DNA of 64,000 nt from Sphaerodactylus townsendi. Taxonomy: Eukaryota. The notes under the pieces were generated by a model. The model did no database searches, had not been told where the DNA came from, and saw only the letters and a list, made by a program, of their open reading frames with translations. The translations under genes were made by a program, and so were the position numbers. The stretch is taken from positions 14,694,001-14,758,000 of the forward strand of contig NC_059440.1 of the NCBI RefSeq assembly GCF_021028975.2, given 5' to 3'. Every line of letters begins with the position of its first letter. Position 1 is the stretch's first letter. Shown one piece after another: positions 49,781 through 62,934 of the stretch.

Positions 49781-50745
49781 GGTTTTTTTTGTGTGTGTGG
49801 CTGACGCTGCGCCCTCTGCAGGTCAGAGGGAAGCATTTCTTGGATGGAGTTGAGATTCTCTGACCTTAATGTACTCTTTGGATCGCATGCCCCTTATATC
49901 TGCTCCTTAAACGAATCGCGGGATTAATCGCTGCAGAAAGTTGGGCTGCCCTCTTTGCAATAATAAATCAGTTCCTGACTGCTGCTCTTATCATATCCCC
50001 TTTATGTTCCCATACCTTTTCGTGTTTCCAGTTTTCTCCTGCTAGTAGATTCTTCTAGCTGCATATTTACCAAATACGTTTTATCTTTTAAATTGTATCT
50101 TATTTGCTGTGTGCCAGTCTATGCCCGTAATAAAACAATGATTGATTGACTGAAGGAGTCTTTCTGGAGGTGTCAGAGGCCTTGACAGGCCTTAAATTCA
50201 TATTGACAAAAGGTGTTAAAATATTTCAATACATTGTTTTCTCCCGAGCCAAGGGCACTGATTGGAATTGGGATTGCACCCAGAGAGAAGAGCGCTTCTG
50301 TGCCTGAAACAAGTCCACAGAGCTGCTGGTTGCCTTATTGCCACACTGTACATTTCTTCCAATGTACCAAACCTTAAAATTAAATAAAATAGTAATGCTG
50401 GCCAGGATATGGAACTTTGGGCCCTAATTCCTAGTGAACAAGGCTGAGCACACACCCAAGAGATAAGGTATGAATCAAGGACCTCCAAGAACAGATCTAA
50501 CACCACATTTTAAATGTATATACAAAGAGTTAAAGGCCTTTCAGGTACCTCAGGCCCTGTTGCCAATCATTACTGATAGCCTTGTTAGTCTGTGTAACAT
50601 AACAGAAGTCCTGTGGTACCTCAAAAACAACATTGACAGGTTGTTTCATTCTATAACCGTTTACTGATGTCAGTTATGCTTCCTATTTCTTCTTTCTCCA
50701 TTAATTGTTGCTTACCCTACTTAACATTTCTGTTTATTTGTAGAC

Positions 50746-51011
50746 GAAGAAGAGGAGTTTGGATTTATATCCCCCCTTTCTCTCCTTCCCACCTCCCCTC
50801 CCCATAACAGACACCCTGTGAGGTGAGTGGGGCTGAGAGAGCTCTGAAGAACTGTGACTGGCCCAAGGTCACCCAGCTGGCGTGTGTTGGAGTGCACAAG
50901 CTAATCTGGTTCACCAGATAAGCCTCCACAGCTCAAGTGGCAGTGGGGAATCAAACCCAGTTCTCCAGATTAGAGCGCACCTGGTCTTAACCACTACACC
51001 ACGCTGGCTCT
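50746..51011 (-). mobile_element. Squam3-type SINE
   Basis: Near full length. Confidence 0.9.
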
Positions 51012-51791
51012 CATGTACTCCGGTGAAAGACAGAAGCTGGAATTTCGGGCCTTTCTCATCCGCCATTACATGTAACAACTTGATCTGCTCCAGCCCCTTA
51101 CACAGAGAATCACATCTGAAAGATACATGATGAGGTTCACACTAAGCCTCTCTGCTCCCAATTCCTCCCCATCCCCAATAATTTTTCTTACATAGAGCTG
51201 GAAAATGATTTTTTCTTCATATCATCTGAAGGGTGAGCTCTGACTCTTGCAGGCGTATTCTTCAGTCAATGCCGTTAGTCTTCAAGGGGCCACAGGACTG
51301 GTTTTATTGTGTTTCTAAGCATTAATAAGTATGCCCACAAGTCACCCTCAGAATCTGCCTTGGCTCTGATAAACAAAACCAGCTCTTCGGTGCTGTTTAA
51401 AAAATAATAAAGCACGTTTGCGGGGTATGAATCTATCAAAAAAGTTTATTCCCCTTCTAACGTTTTCCGTAGAGTCCCTTGTATCAAATACATTTTGGAA
51501 AAAGAAAATCTTAAGAAATACCATTTTTACACAGATGGTTTCATTAACTTGGGGGTTGACAAGAAAGTGCATCTGCAGTTACTCTTGGCTTCATTTAGAT
51601 AGTTCAGAACCAGCCAACGCAGCAAAAGCCCCCAATAATATGAGTATGTGAAGACGCTTACAATAAGAACACTTTTTTGTTCAAATAAAAAAGTGCTTCA
51701 TATGTTCCGATCAGAAAAGCCACCAGAAAGCCTTTCCACAAGGGTCTCCAGCATAGTTCTCTAGCATAGTCCCTTCTGGAGGATTCTCCGT

Positions 51792-54700
51792 TCAGCCTCC
51801 AAGGCGCTGACCTTCACCCCAGTCGAAGCCTCCGGGCCGTTCTTCAGGAAGAGGGTTGTAATTGGGGTCTTCTTCTGGTGAATCAAATATTATTTTCCTA
51901 GGAAGCAAACATAAGTGTTCAGAAAGAGAGAACTTTATATTCCTGGATAGCATCTCGTTTTGCAAAGTTCTCTCCACCCCCAATCTTATTTTCCTGTCTA
52001 ATTTAGGACTTTTAATCCCTTTCCAGACAGGGAACTCTTTTTTAAACATTGTGTTTGTGCAGTACCAAATACAAATTTATTTTCATGTCACGATCTCTAT
52101 AGCTCACTAACCCGCTTCTTTTTTTGAATTCTTTGTTGTGTGTCTCATGCTGTTATTTATTGCAGTGACTATGTATTCTATTCCTTTAACTGTATCATCT
52201 CTTTCTGTTATCCAAATGATAAATGGCATACGTCAAGGTCTGCCCGATTCACCTCCCAACCCCCAAAGTAATAATAAAGAGCTATTGCTGACCAACCTAT
52301 GGATTTTAATAATGTAAATGTTCTGCAACCTCACCTTCTTCCACAGGACTCCATATCTGATTAGCCTCTAAACTGGAGAAATATCATGCACCCATTGGAC
52401 TACTCCCTGGCTAGATTTCTAAACTATGAGTTCCCTGTTGCATGAAAAGTTAATGGCCATAGTTTTTCACATGAGCTCGAATACATATCATATTATGCCA
52501 GATTCTGCAACAGTCTCACTATACTGGCAATGCAGGTGTTTACATTATTGGTGGGTGAAGGGCAAAGGTGATATCATCTAGTGAGCCTTGGGATGGAATC
52601 AAATTAAAAATTAATTTGAAATCATAAATCAAATCTTGTCCCAAGACCCGAATAAAGAAACAGCTGCTAACAGAGATCGGCCAAAGTATAACCAACCGGG
52701 CATGGGGTAGGGTGCAGATCAGAGATTGTGGGCCAGAAGCTGCCCAGCTGGGCAACTCCTATCTAATGTTGGCAGCATGATAATTCTGCCCTGACCTGGA
52801 TAGCCTAGGGCCCTAGGCCAGGGGTAGGGAACCTGCGGCTCTCCAGATGTTCAGGAACTACAATTCCCATCAGCCCCTACCAGCATGGCCAATTGGCCAT
52901 GCTGACAGACACTGATGGGAATTGTAGTTCCTGAACATCTGGAGAGCCGCAGGTTCCCTACCCCTGGCCTAGGCTAACCTGCTCTTGGAAGCTAAGCAGG
53001 GTTGGCCCTGGTTAGTATTTGGATGGGAGATCACCAAGGAATACTAGGGTCATTATGCAGAGACAGGCAATAGCAAACCACCTCTGAAAGTCTCATGCCT
53101 TGAAGGTCCTATGGCCGTGGTGGCGAACCTTTGGCACTCCAGATGTTATGGACTATAATTCCCATCAGCCCTTGCCAGCATGGCCAATTGGCAGGGGCTG
53201 ATGGGAATTGTAGTCCATAACATCTGGAGTGCCAAAGGTTCGCCACCACTGTCCTATGGGGTCACCTTAGGTCAACTACCATTTGACAGCAAAATAAAAA
53301 CGAACAGGTTCACCTGCTCTTGCTAAGACAGATTACCCATCTGCCTGCTCTGGGTTCACAATCTGACTTTTCTAGGACTCCTAGCAGTATCTCATTGGTT
53401 GTGGCAATCCTTCATTCTGATCGGAGACTTTTTATGTAGCAACCAGAGGCAATGCTTCGGATATGTGCTTCGCAACACTATAGCACCTTTGCTTTCCAGC
53501 TGCAAAACATTATGGCTCTGACTTGGTGCCAATGACATGTAAACAGCATGACAGGCATTTGTACTTCTGAACAGTTTCAGGCAGTTCCTTCTCCCTCTTC
53601 CACCCCAACAGCCAACCAAGAGGACACTTACAGAATAGATGGTGTTTTGAGCAGTCTTCCTCCGCCAGGCTGATTAGGGAAAATATCTTCTAAGAAGAAA
53701 TATATATGGCCTACAGCAATACCTAGAATCAAGAGGCAGACCTTTTTATTGTAAATTTCTACTGAAAATATTGTCTTGGGAGGGAGGGAGGTCACAGTTA
53801 GTGGTGCTCTGCAAATGTGCACAAGGATTCATAGGTGAAAAGTAAAGGAAGTCCCCTGTATAAGCACTGGGTCATTACTGACACATACAGTGATATGTCA
53901 CATAATGATGTTTACTAGGCAGACTTCGTAAACAGGAGGGTTTACAACTGCCTTCCCCAGTCATCTACAATTTAGCCCCAGCAACCTGGGAACTTATTTT
54001 ACTGACCTCGGATAGTTGGAAGGCTGAGTCAATCTTGAGCTGGCTACCTGAAACCAACTTCCATAGGGATGAAGCTCAGATCATGAGAAGTTCAGAATGC
54101 AGTACTGCAACTTACCACTCTGAGCCGCAGAGCATACAAAGCTACAATAGCGTCTGCAGGAGTTCTCATGCTCCCACAAAGGAGCACCTGGGTCAAATAA
54201 CATTTTTGGATTTTGTTTCATTTCACTCACTCAGCACTCTAGCATGAGGTATAAAACAAACCACCTGTAAATCTAGAAGGGTGCTTTCTATGACAGCACC
54301 GGGTGGAAGACTAATCCAGGCTGGGAAATAGCCACTTTGGGGAGAAAGGTGGGTGAAGTGGCGAGGTGGTTAAGAGCAGGTGCACTTTAATCTGGAGAAC
54401 TGGGTTTGATTCCCCATTCTGCCACTTGAGCTGTGGAGGCTTATCTGGTGAACCAGATTAGCTTGTGCACCCCAACACATGCCAGCTGGGTGACCTTGGG
54501 CTAGTCACAGTTCTTCAGAGCTCTCTCAGCCCCACCCTACCACAATAGAGTGTTTGTTGTGAGGGGGGAAAGGAGGTTGTAAGCCCCTTTGAGTCTCTTT
54601 ACAGGAGAGAGGGGGAGGATATAAATCCAAACTCTTCTTCATATAAGTGGAGTAAATAAAATAAATGGTAAAAGCAAAAGAATTCAGAAAGACTCAAGAA

Positions 54701-57700
54701 GGCCAAAAATAACGATCATCGGCTTACCCAGGAGGTCCACGATAATAGAGTTGCCCAATAGCAGTGAAAACCCCATGAGAATCCAGGGAAGAAACGGGGC
54801 CTGGAAGATCAGAAGCCCAAAGAAGTTCATGCGGACAAAAGGGTTCCGGCGGCTCCAGACGTATACCAGCATTATAGTGAATGCCTGCCCTAAGAAAACC
54901 AAGTTGACAAACAGCCCAAATATCTGGTGGAGAGGCTGTCAAAGAAAAAGGGTCACGGCACATGTTGGCAGTGAGGAAAGGCCTGGCCCCGTCCTGCATA
55001 ATTTTCTGCAGTTATTCAAAGTGTTTCCATCCATGAGGATCAGAAGCTAGCAAAATAAATAAATAAATAAAGTGGAACTAAAACAGGAGCAAGAATTATC
55101 TGGGCGTCTTGACAGCCCTCAGAAGGCCACGCTGTACTTTTAAAATCTGAATTCCCCAGAAAGATAAAAGACGACTAACAAGATTTTTAATATCCCAGTG
55201 CAACTTTTCTCTTTTCCTTCCACGTATCACAAAACCCAACCTAAAAACAACAACAATGAAGGCTCATTTCACACAAAGCCACCGTTTGTCCCCACTCCTT
55301 TTTTTAAAAAAAACACCAAACTATCATTGGTGTTTGTGAACCAGTGAAAAAGAAAATTTAAAGTTTAGAGCTGCTTGTCTGGAGCTGTCGCTTTCCGTCC
55401 TCAAAACCCTTCCGTTTTAAGTCAGAAGGGATGCTGTTAAGTCCAGCTGAACATTTTGGCACTTATGGTAGACCTAGGGAAGTTCTGAAAACACCGTTCA
55501 CGTAGGACAGACTGAAGAAAGGGCTTTGGCATGGAGCACACAGCGAGCTTAGGGAATTCAGCAGTCCCAAGTTGTGTGACTACCAATGGTTTACAAAGGG
55601 AACCAGAGAAATTCATGGCCTATCAGAAGCCATCAGCCTTGGTAGCGAAATGGAATGTTGAGATTCAGCAGTATGTCAATGAATAGTTGTTGCGGCGGGT
55701 GGAGACTGGGGAGGCCGGCTGCTTTCATGCTATGCTTGTGGGTTTCCCAGAGACATTGGGCTATGATGAGAAACAGACCGAATAGATGAATATTGAGGCC
55801 AAATATTGAGACAGCCTCTTGGACGGTCTTCGGTATTGTTGACTCTGACTGGCAGGGACTTTCCAGGGTCCCAGAGGACTTCCACATCACGTACCATCTG
55901 AGCCTTTCAGCTGGGTATGCCAAGAATTGAACTTGGGACCTTCTGCTCACCCAGCAGATGCTCTGCCTGAGACATGGCTCCTTCCCTAAGATTAAAATGG
56001 ATTCTAGTGACACTGTTGATCTGACCTAGCAGGGTTCTTGAGGTCTCAGTCCATATTTACAACTTTACCCCTTCTGAAGTTCAACATCCAGAGAACTATC
56101 CATAGAGCTGTGGAGGCTTATCTGGTGAACCAGATTAGCCTGTGCACTCCAACACATGCCAGCTGGGTGACCTTGGGCTAGTCACAGTTCTTCAGAGCTC
56201 TCTCAGCCCCACCCTACCACACAGGGTGTTTGTTGTGAGGGGGGAAGGGAAAGGAGCTTGTCTTACAGGAGAGAAGGATCCTCTCTGTGTTGCATTTGAG
56301 TCTGAGGCAGCGAGCGGTCCTGTTGGGGCTTGCCTTGGCATGTGTCAGCGGATTAACAGAACCTACAGATCCACCAGAACTCTCCGGCAACTGCACGTTG
56401 TGGCAAACAGCCAATCAATGGCAACCAAGTAGTTCTGTAATTTAGCGGACCTTGTCTGTCATGATTGATCTCCCAGTAATGAACCCTTGGGGGGAAAAAT
56501 CCTGCAAATTTATCCAAGCACTGTTGTGATGCTTCCAACATCTGGCTAAAACAGCAAAAGGATACAGTCATTAACAGGCCGCCGAAAAAGAACATAAATA
56601 CGAAGTCTGCTGTCCGACCTCGAAACGATCCTTCCTCAAGCATTCGGCAGTAGCGGTATCTGAGGTTCAAAGGTCAGGAAAATTCTTGATGCCAGGTTAA
56701 CGCAGAGATTGCAGACTAGCTTCCGCAGGGTCTGCAAGACGGACCTGTTCCGCCAGGCATTTGGCCAGCCGGGCTGAAAACAGCCCTGTTTCCATCCAGC
56801 CCTGTGGGCGCCAGGGTAAGGGGGGAAGTGGGAGGAAAAGCCGCCATCTGTTCTGTATTACAATGTTATAATTTTAATGGTTTTCCTTATTTATATGGAA
56901 TTGTATTTTTAACTATTGTACGCCGCCCTGAGCCCTTTGGGGGAGGGCGGTTGAAAAATCTAATTAAGTTAAATTAGATCTTAAGGATTTTTTTTAAAAA
57001 AACCTTTCATATATTAGGGGAGGAAATGTTTCATCTGAACATTAAGACAGCAAGTCTAATAATGGCTCCATCCAAAAGGGAGGGATGAATCCAGCACTGG
57101 AGGTGGGGTAGGCCTATACCAGTGGATTTGCGCTCCCTTGGGGACTTGCCCCAGCAGAGGGGTGGCTGTGCTGGTGAGCGGATAACAGGGCTGGCTAAAA
57201 CAGGTGGGCACAGCAGGGTATGGCACACCAGTGCTCCTGCGCTGGGTTCGCAGGGGCGTTCTGGAGGCACGGTTAGGGACGAAGCTACCAGTAGTCGGCT
57301 TCTATCTCAAGTTCCCCATCAGAAACTCTGGGTTTTCTGACAGTGGGTGGTTTGCCATTTTGGCTCCCCAAACTGTCGTAAAGCCCTCCTGGGAACGGTG
57401 CAGTGGGGCTGCTGCAGTGCTGCATCTGGGCACCCAGCCATGTGGATGGGGCTGCCCCCCACATTTCAGTCACTACAAAGTGCATAATTTTGTTTAATGT
57501 CAGGAAAGAAGAAGGAGGAAGGGTTGGATTTATATCCCCCTTTCTTTCCTATAGGAGTCTCAAAGGGGCTTACAAACTCCTTTCCACCTCATAGGGTTGT
57601 TGGGAACATAAAAGGGAAGAAAGGAGGATAAGATTTAAACCAAGCTTCAAAAGAACAACAACAAAAAAGATACAAAAATATCATATTAAATAAAAAATTA

Positions 57701-60004
57701 AATCCCACTGGTCCAAAGAAAAGGAAGTTGGTAATCAGCCTCCATACCTGGAAGACAAAATGTGTGGTAGAAGTTTGAATGTTATAGTTAAACTCACATC
57801 TCAAAGAAATCTCAAATCAGTTTAAACAAATCATATCATATTTAAAAGGTGATTTTTTTTCTTTCCTAACCACATGGAAAACTCTTCTACTGTCTTCTCA
57901 AGAAATCTGAAAGCAGTGGTACAAGAAAAATAAAACATTCTTGTACACACAATTGAAGAAGAGTTGTTTTTTTATACCTCACTATACTCTACTTTTAAAA
58001 AGGGTCAAAGCAGCTTACAATCACCTCCCCTTTCCCTTCCCCTTCTCTCTCCACAACAAGAGTTTATCGAGCTAGGCTGAGTTAGAAGAAAGACTTTTTT
58101 TTTGCAATGACTTTTTCTTGTTTCTTCTGCAAAAATGTTGGGTCCAGTATAATCCCGAGTCCCTTAACTAAATCAACAAGGGGCAGTTGAGGCCCATTTG
58201 AAAGAGAGGACGATTATGTGCTTCGAGACTTCCACCTTCCCAACCAGAATTATTTCTGCCTTTCCAGGGTTTGGTTTCAGTTTGTTCCCTCTCAGTCATT
58301 CAACCAAGACAGCCAGGAAGTGTTATAGGCGCTCTACTGCATCACCAGGTTTGGATAAGGATATATACACCTGTGTATAATTTGCATATTGATGACAACC
58401 CTATTGATCAAGTCTCAAGATGTGGCATACACAGCACTGCATACACAGCACTGCTGCTTCCCACCAGCAATGTCATCATTTCTAACGGCAGCAATCCCAC
58501 AACACCTCCCAACTAGAAAGTGACTTTTTCTTCCCACTTGTTGAAAACCATGACCTTTCATCGAACAAACCCAAGTTTAAACAAGTTTAAGCCGAGTTTA
58601 AACAACACGCTTTAAGAATCAATGGCTTACCAAAAAGAGACAAAGGTACTCACTTGATAGTGCTTAAATATTAATTCTGGGTTGAAGTATAGCTGAAAGG
58701 GCGTGATTAATTCTAATTGCTGAAAGAGATGAGAATACAAAAGGAAGTGAAGATTTGGTAGGGCAGTGACGCTCAGCTTTTGTGCGCACAGCTAGGACCA
58801 ATTTCCTAGAAGCTCTCTACAAACTATTGGAAGCCCACTTTGCATCTTAGTTCTCAGATTTATATGTCTGCTTCACATATTAACATCTTACCAATGCACT
58901 TATTAGGGCATGTGCTTCGAAAAAACTAGATCCCACCTGATTACATGATTGAAGCTCACTCAGCAACCTGTATATATACATACAAATATCTTGACAGGTC
59001 TATGCCAATCTCAGTGTGCATACAAAACAAGCGCTGCAGTAATAAAAAGCATTAACACAATCTTCTCAGCAGTGTTCTGCTAATTTTAACATCCATAATC
59101 TGAGCAGAAGCCAATTACGTCTCTGGATTCTGTGAATCAAAGAGCGATCTGTACTTTCTACACCAGCATATAAACCTTTTTACAATTCCGCATCGAAAGA
59201 TTAGCATTCAGCCGGGACTGGCCCAAAGCCCCTCAATGAGTTTTGCTATTTAACTGAATACAAGCAGAACACCCACTATAATCCAGTTCACTTGTTTTGG
59301 CAGAGAGGTGACTCATAAAATATTAAAAATAAATAAAAATCAACAGGCAGTTGTTCAGGATGCAAATACAGTGCACAAGACCTGGAAGGCTGGAAAGAGG
59401 GGCGGGGGAATGGTTATATATGAAACTATAAAAGTCCTACCCTAGGGCCTGATGATAGGGAAAACTCTCAGATGAGATATTAAGTAAATATATGCTAATA
59501 TAAGCATATCAGCCTCTCCAGTCAAAATCTGGCACAGTAGGATGCACCAGGCACAGGGTGTGTGTGTGTGTGTGTGTGTATGTATGTGTATGTATGTATG
59601 TAGTACATATATACATATATATGTGTGTGTGTGCTCTGTATGTATGTATGAGTGTATATATATGTATATAGTACATATATACATATATGTGTTTGTGTAC
59701 TGTGTATGTATGTATGTATGTATGTATGTATGTATGTATGTATGTATGTAGTACATATATATGTATATAGTACTTACTCCCCTATGCAAAGTCGGTCCCA
59801 TCGTAAGGGGCTGTACTATGCAAACTAGGTCTGTCGTATGCAAATATATGCAAATGAGTATCTCCCCCAAACTAGGCCCCAGCAGCCAAGCCCCGTCCTC
59901 GCCTCACTCACCACGGCGGCGGTCGTGAGGACACAGGCGGTGGTGTAGGCCCGGGTGACAACAGGCATCTGAAGGTACTCCTGGCGGAAGGTCCGGTACG
60001 CCAT
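51792..60004 (-). CDS. DERL2: Derlin-2 (ERAD), 7 coding exons, 239 aa
   Basis: Exons 60004-59912, 58719-58654, 57747-57674, 56659-56566, 54923-54728, 53722-53632, 51897-51792 (720 nt). Reads [20 protein letters not shown]..., [19 protein letters not shown] and a C-terminal [14 protein letters not shown] (SHP box). Head-to-head with MIS12. Confidence 0.97.
52819..52966. mobile_element. Palindromic hAT MITE
   Basis: TIR CAGGGGTAGGGAACC, TSD ccctaggc/gcctaggc. Confidence 0.9.
53115..53251. mobile_element. Palindromic hAT MITE
   Basis: TIR C(A/C)GTGGTGGCGAACC with a perfect TSD TCCTATGG. Confidence 0.9.
53836..54128 (-). mobile_element. Sauria SINE (Squam1)-like
   Basis: aaagtaaagg..gtcccctg tail and cctcggatagttggaaggctgagtcaa core typical of Sauria SINE. 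Confidence 0.65.
54360..54640 (+). mobile_element. Squam3-type SINE
   Basis: Full length. Partial copies also lie at about 35215-35390 and 56105-56275. Confidence 0.9.
59558..59770. repeat. Compound (TG)n/(TATG)n microsatellite in DERL2 intron 1
   Basis: Read directly from the sequence. Confidence 0.95.
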
Positions 60005-60515
60005 CCTGGCGCCTTGGCCGCGGCTGCTCTCCCACCTTATTACGTCACCTCAGCCGCGACCAATACTAACTCACGCAGTGGCCGTGCGGGCAGCCAATCA
60101 ACACCGCTTCCCCACCTCCCGTTACGTCACGCTTAAACTCACCCATTCAGCGCCGTCAAGGCCCTCCCGCTAGCGTCCAATCGAGAGCCATTCTGGAAGC
60201 GTGGAGGTGGGGACAGAGGCTCGACTCGTACCGCCTCGCCCGCCGTCCAAAGTCCAGCACCATAGTGATGCGCTTGCCCAGAGCAGCCTCGTAACAGGAG
60301 CTTTGGTGGCCGAGGGAGGACTTCCACCCTAATCGGAAGTTCAAATGTTGAGCGTCTTTCTGCCATAGCTCTCTATGATTTCGAAAAGGGGCGGGGCAAG
60401 CTCTTTGAAACTGACGCGAGAAGGTTTGAATACGGCGGGAAGGGGAAACCCTGAGTCGGGAGGCGGTTGAGCTTTGGGCCTGTCCTCAGAAAAGGAAGGC
60501 CAGGCGCGAGGTAAG
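60005..60515. promoter_or_regulatory. DERL2/MIS12 bidirectional CpG-rich promoter and probable non-coding MIS12 exon 1
   Basis: CpG-rich. Two TTACGTCAC (ATF/CRE-like) sites at about 60040 and 60122, CCAAT boxes at about 60060, 60094 and 60177, a GC box at about 60390, TTTGAA (CHR-like) at about 60404 and 60425, and a splice donor GAG|GTAAGG at about 60510. Confidence 0.7.
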
Positions 60516-61286
60516 GTGTATATCAAGCAAAGGAAGGCCAGGTGCGAGGTCAGGTGTATGTGAACTGATTTACTGCGTTTTTATTTAGTAATTTTGTACT
60601 AATTTTCAAAGTACAATTAACACCCATAGAAAAAACATACGAAACAAAAAGAATTCGAAACAGATAGAAACAGAGCAAAAAAGAATACAGGACGTCTACC
60701 CAAAACTCCATTAATATAATCATAACAAGGTGGATCTCAATGGAATATTCTGATATTATCAGAGAAACCATAACACAATCTTTAATTTCTTCTCTTCTGT
60801 CTACCACCTCTTTACTGGTCAGTCTCTTATCCACTCTAATGGGAACCCACTTCCACCAGAGAATCCCCTAACCAAGAATCCACCCCCCACCCAGAATCCA
60901 TCCCAAGAAAATCCCTCCACCTCCCTGTACTGCATGGTGACTACCTATTAGAGTATCTAATCTAATGGCAGCCGCTTGGGGAATCCACCATATTGGTGGA
61001 TGGAAGGGAGCGGGGATTGAATGGCAAGCAGGAAGAGTTTGAAACCCGGGTTAAAGAAAAAAGTCGCTAATAGAATAGAATAGTCGGGCAAATAGAATGA
61101 GTTAGAAGCATTAAGGGGGGCAAGTTCTGTAGGAACTCCCTCCCCACAAAAAAAGCTTTTAAAAAGGGCCTCAACCCGCTCAATTTTGCCCATGCAGAAT
61201 CAGCCAAAGTTGTACACTGTCTCAGACTTTTTTGTGTGTTCCAGTTTGCAGATTTTTTACACGGCGTCTTCCCTTTCCTCATCAAG

Positions 61287-61907
61287 ATGTCGGCAGAACT
61301 CATGATCTACGAAACCCAGTTCTTTGGCTTCACCCCACAGACATGCATGATGCGCGTGTACCTTGCGTTCCAAGACCATCTCTTCCACATGATGCTGGTA
61401 ATCGAAGAGGTGGTCCTGAAGAAACTGAAGAGCATGCACGACACGAAGCTGACGCCTTCTTCTATCCGTCGAAGCAGCGAGAAATTCCTTGCCTACACGA
61501 GGAATCATTTCCACCAGCTCTTTGGCAAAATGGAACAAATGCTGCTACAGGTGGTGCTGAGTATTCCGGAAAATGTTTTGCTCCCTGAACACAAATGCCA
61601 GGAACAGTACCACTACACTGCAAGTGAGTTTGAGAAACTTCAAGAGGAGGTCCGTCACCTGGAGCACCGCGTCAAAGGTGAAATATCTGCCCAGCAGGCT
61701 CTGAAAACTGAGCTGGAAGAGCAAAAGGCTACCCAGGAGCAGCTCAAAAGGATCCTTCAGTGGTTTGACGGCCTCGACAATGTCTGCCGAGTACACGGGG
61801 CCAGCAACCTGAAAGAAAGCTTCGTCTTCTTGAAGGGGAATGCCACCAAATTGCAAACTGTGATGCAGGAAGTTGAAGATAAAAGCAAGAAGCTGCACAC
61901 CAAGTGA
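61287..61907 (+). CDS. MIS12: MIS12 kinetochore complex component, single coding exon, 206 aa
   Basis: ATG at 61287 directly after a pyrimidine tract and AAG acceptor. Reads MSAELMIYETQFFGFTPQTCMMRVYLAFQD...LSIPENVLLPE, the Mis12 family signature. Confidence 0.95.
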   Translation: MSAELMIYETQFFGFTPQTCMMRVYLAFQDHLFHMMLVIEEVVLKKLKSMHDTKLTPSSIRRSSEKFLAYTRNHFHQLFGKMEQMLLQVVLSIPENVLLPEHKCQEQYHYTASEFEKLQEEVRHLEHRVKGEISAQQALKTELEEQKATQEQLKRILQWFDGLDNVCRVHGASNLKESFVFLKGNATKLQTVMQEVEDKSKKLHTK

Positions 61908-62874
61908 TTGTTTTAAGGAAGTACCTGAGCCTGAAGGATTTGTCATTAAGCTGACAAGAGTGCTGTCCCCCTGCCCCCCAAATAAATTTGAATTGTGCAT
62001 TAATATCGAATTCTGCAAGAGTTATTTCTGGAACTGCTATAAATAGGACAGGCTGAGAACTTCCATTCTGTCTCCTATGTCAGTTACCAAAAAAAGGTCA
62101 CCCGGCATGGATTTCTAAATTGCAGAAATTAACAGACCTGTGAGATTTTCATCCAAGAGTTAGATTTCACAGTATATTTCAGTATCCCTCTGCATGTTTT
62201 TTTAGGTGCAGTTGCTACCAGAAAGAGGAGAAGAGGCTTGCAGACCAGTCACCAAAGGTTTCCAAAAGCTACTAGGCTAGCATTTGCTGGCATTTACCTT
62301 TCTTTTTTATGGGGCTTGGAAAATCAGGAGAAGCTAGATGCATTTGGTTTTACGGCTGCCCTAAGGACTCCGTATTTTAACATACAAGAAGCAAACTGGA
62401 TTTTTGATTTTACACAACTGGATCCTCCCACCCATCTCGCTCTGCTTCTATTAATTGCATTGTTGTTTTTAAAATATTTGGAATAGTTAGGTGGCTGGGT
62501 ACCAAGCCAATCAACTGGTTACTTAATTTTTAATTCAGATTCTATTGGGGTTTGTATATAATGTGTGCCAAGCCAGCTCCAGCTCCCAAACTCTTCAGCA
62601 TACAGAGCCAACTTTGTAAATTGGAACACATTTAGAGAAGATTAAGTGGGGAGAAGATGTTAGGAGTTGTCCAAGTCCAAAAAAAAGCACCATTTGCCGC
62701 ACTTGGGCCTAGTCCCCTTCTCTCTGCTCTTTTGTAGCATTCCTGGATATGTTAAAAACCCCAACTGACAATACATAACTTTTAAAAAGCTTTAGATTTG
62801 GTTGTTTTTATTTAATGAAGTGCACAAAACAACATGTAGTTCACTGTAAATTAAAATTATAAATTATATATTGC

Positions 62875-62934
62875 AATAAAGAATACTTTTTGCAATTATG
62901 TACAATACATGTGTTGAGAACATGTACATTTATT
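62875..62934. terminator. Convergent polyadenylation signals: MIS12 distal (+) and an unidentified minus-strand transcript
   Basis: AATAAA on + at 62875-62880 and AATAAA on - at 62929-62934, in TE-free AT-rich UTR-like sequence. Confidence 0.45.

Larger units (their letters stand above)
52788..53290 (+). mobile_element. 5S rRNA-derived SINE, interrupted by two MITEs
   Basis: 5S-like ggaagctaagcagggttggccctggttagtatttggatgggaga-cacc followed by a non-5S body. A related copy lies at about 45380-45560. Confidence 0.65.

Noticed and set aside
52980-53050. 5S rRNA gene
   Set aside because: Diverged, interrupted by a MITE and fused to a SINE body.
59442-59870. 142-aa ORF
   Set aside because: Translation of a TG/TATG microsatellite.
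61236-61286. N-terminal extension of MIS12 in the ORF track
   Set aside because: Non-ATG start within the intron's pyrimidine tract. The family N-terminus begins at 61287.
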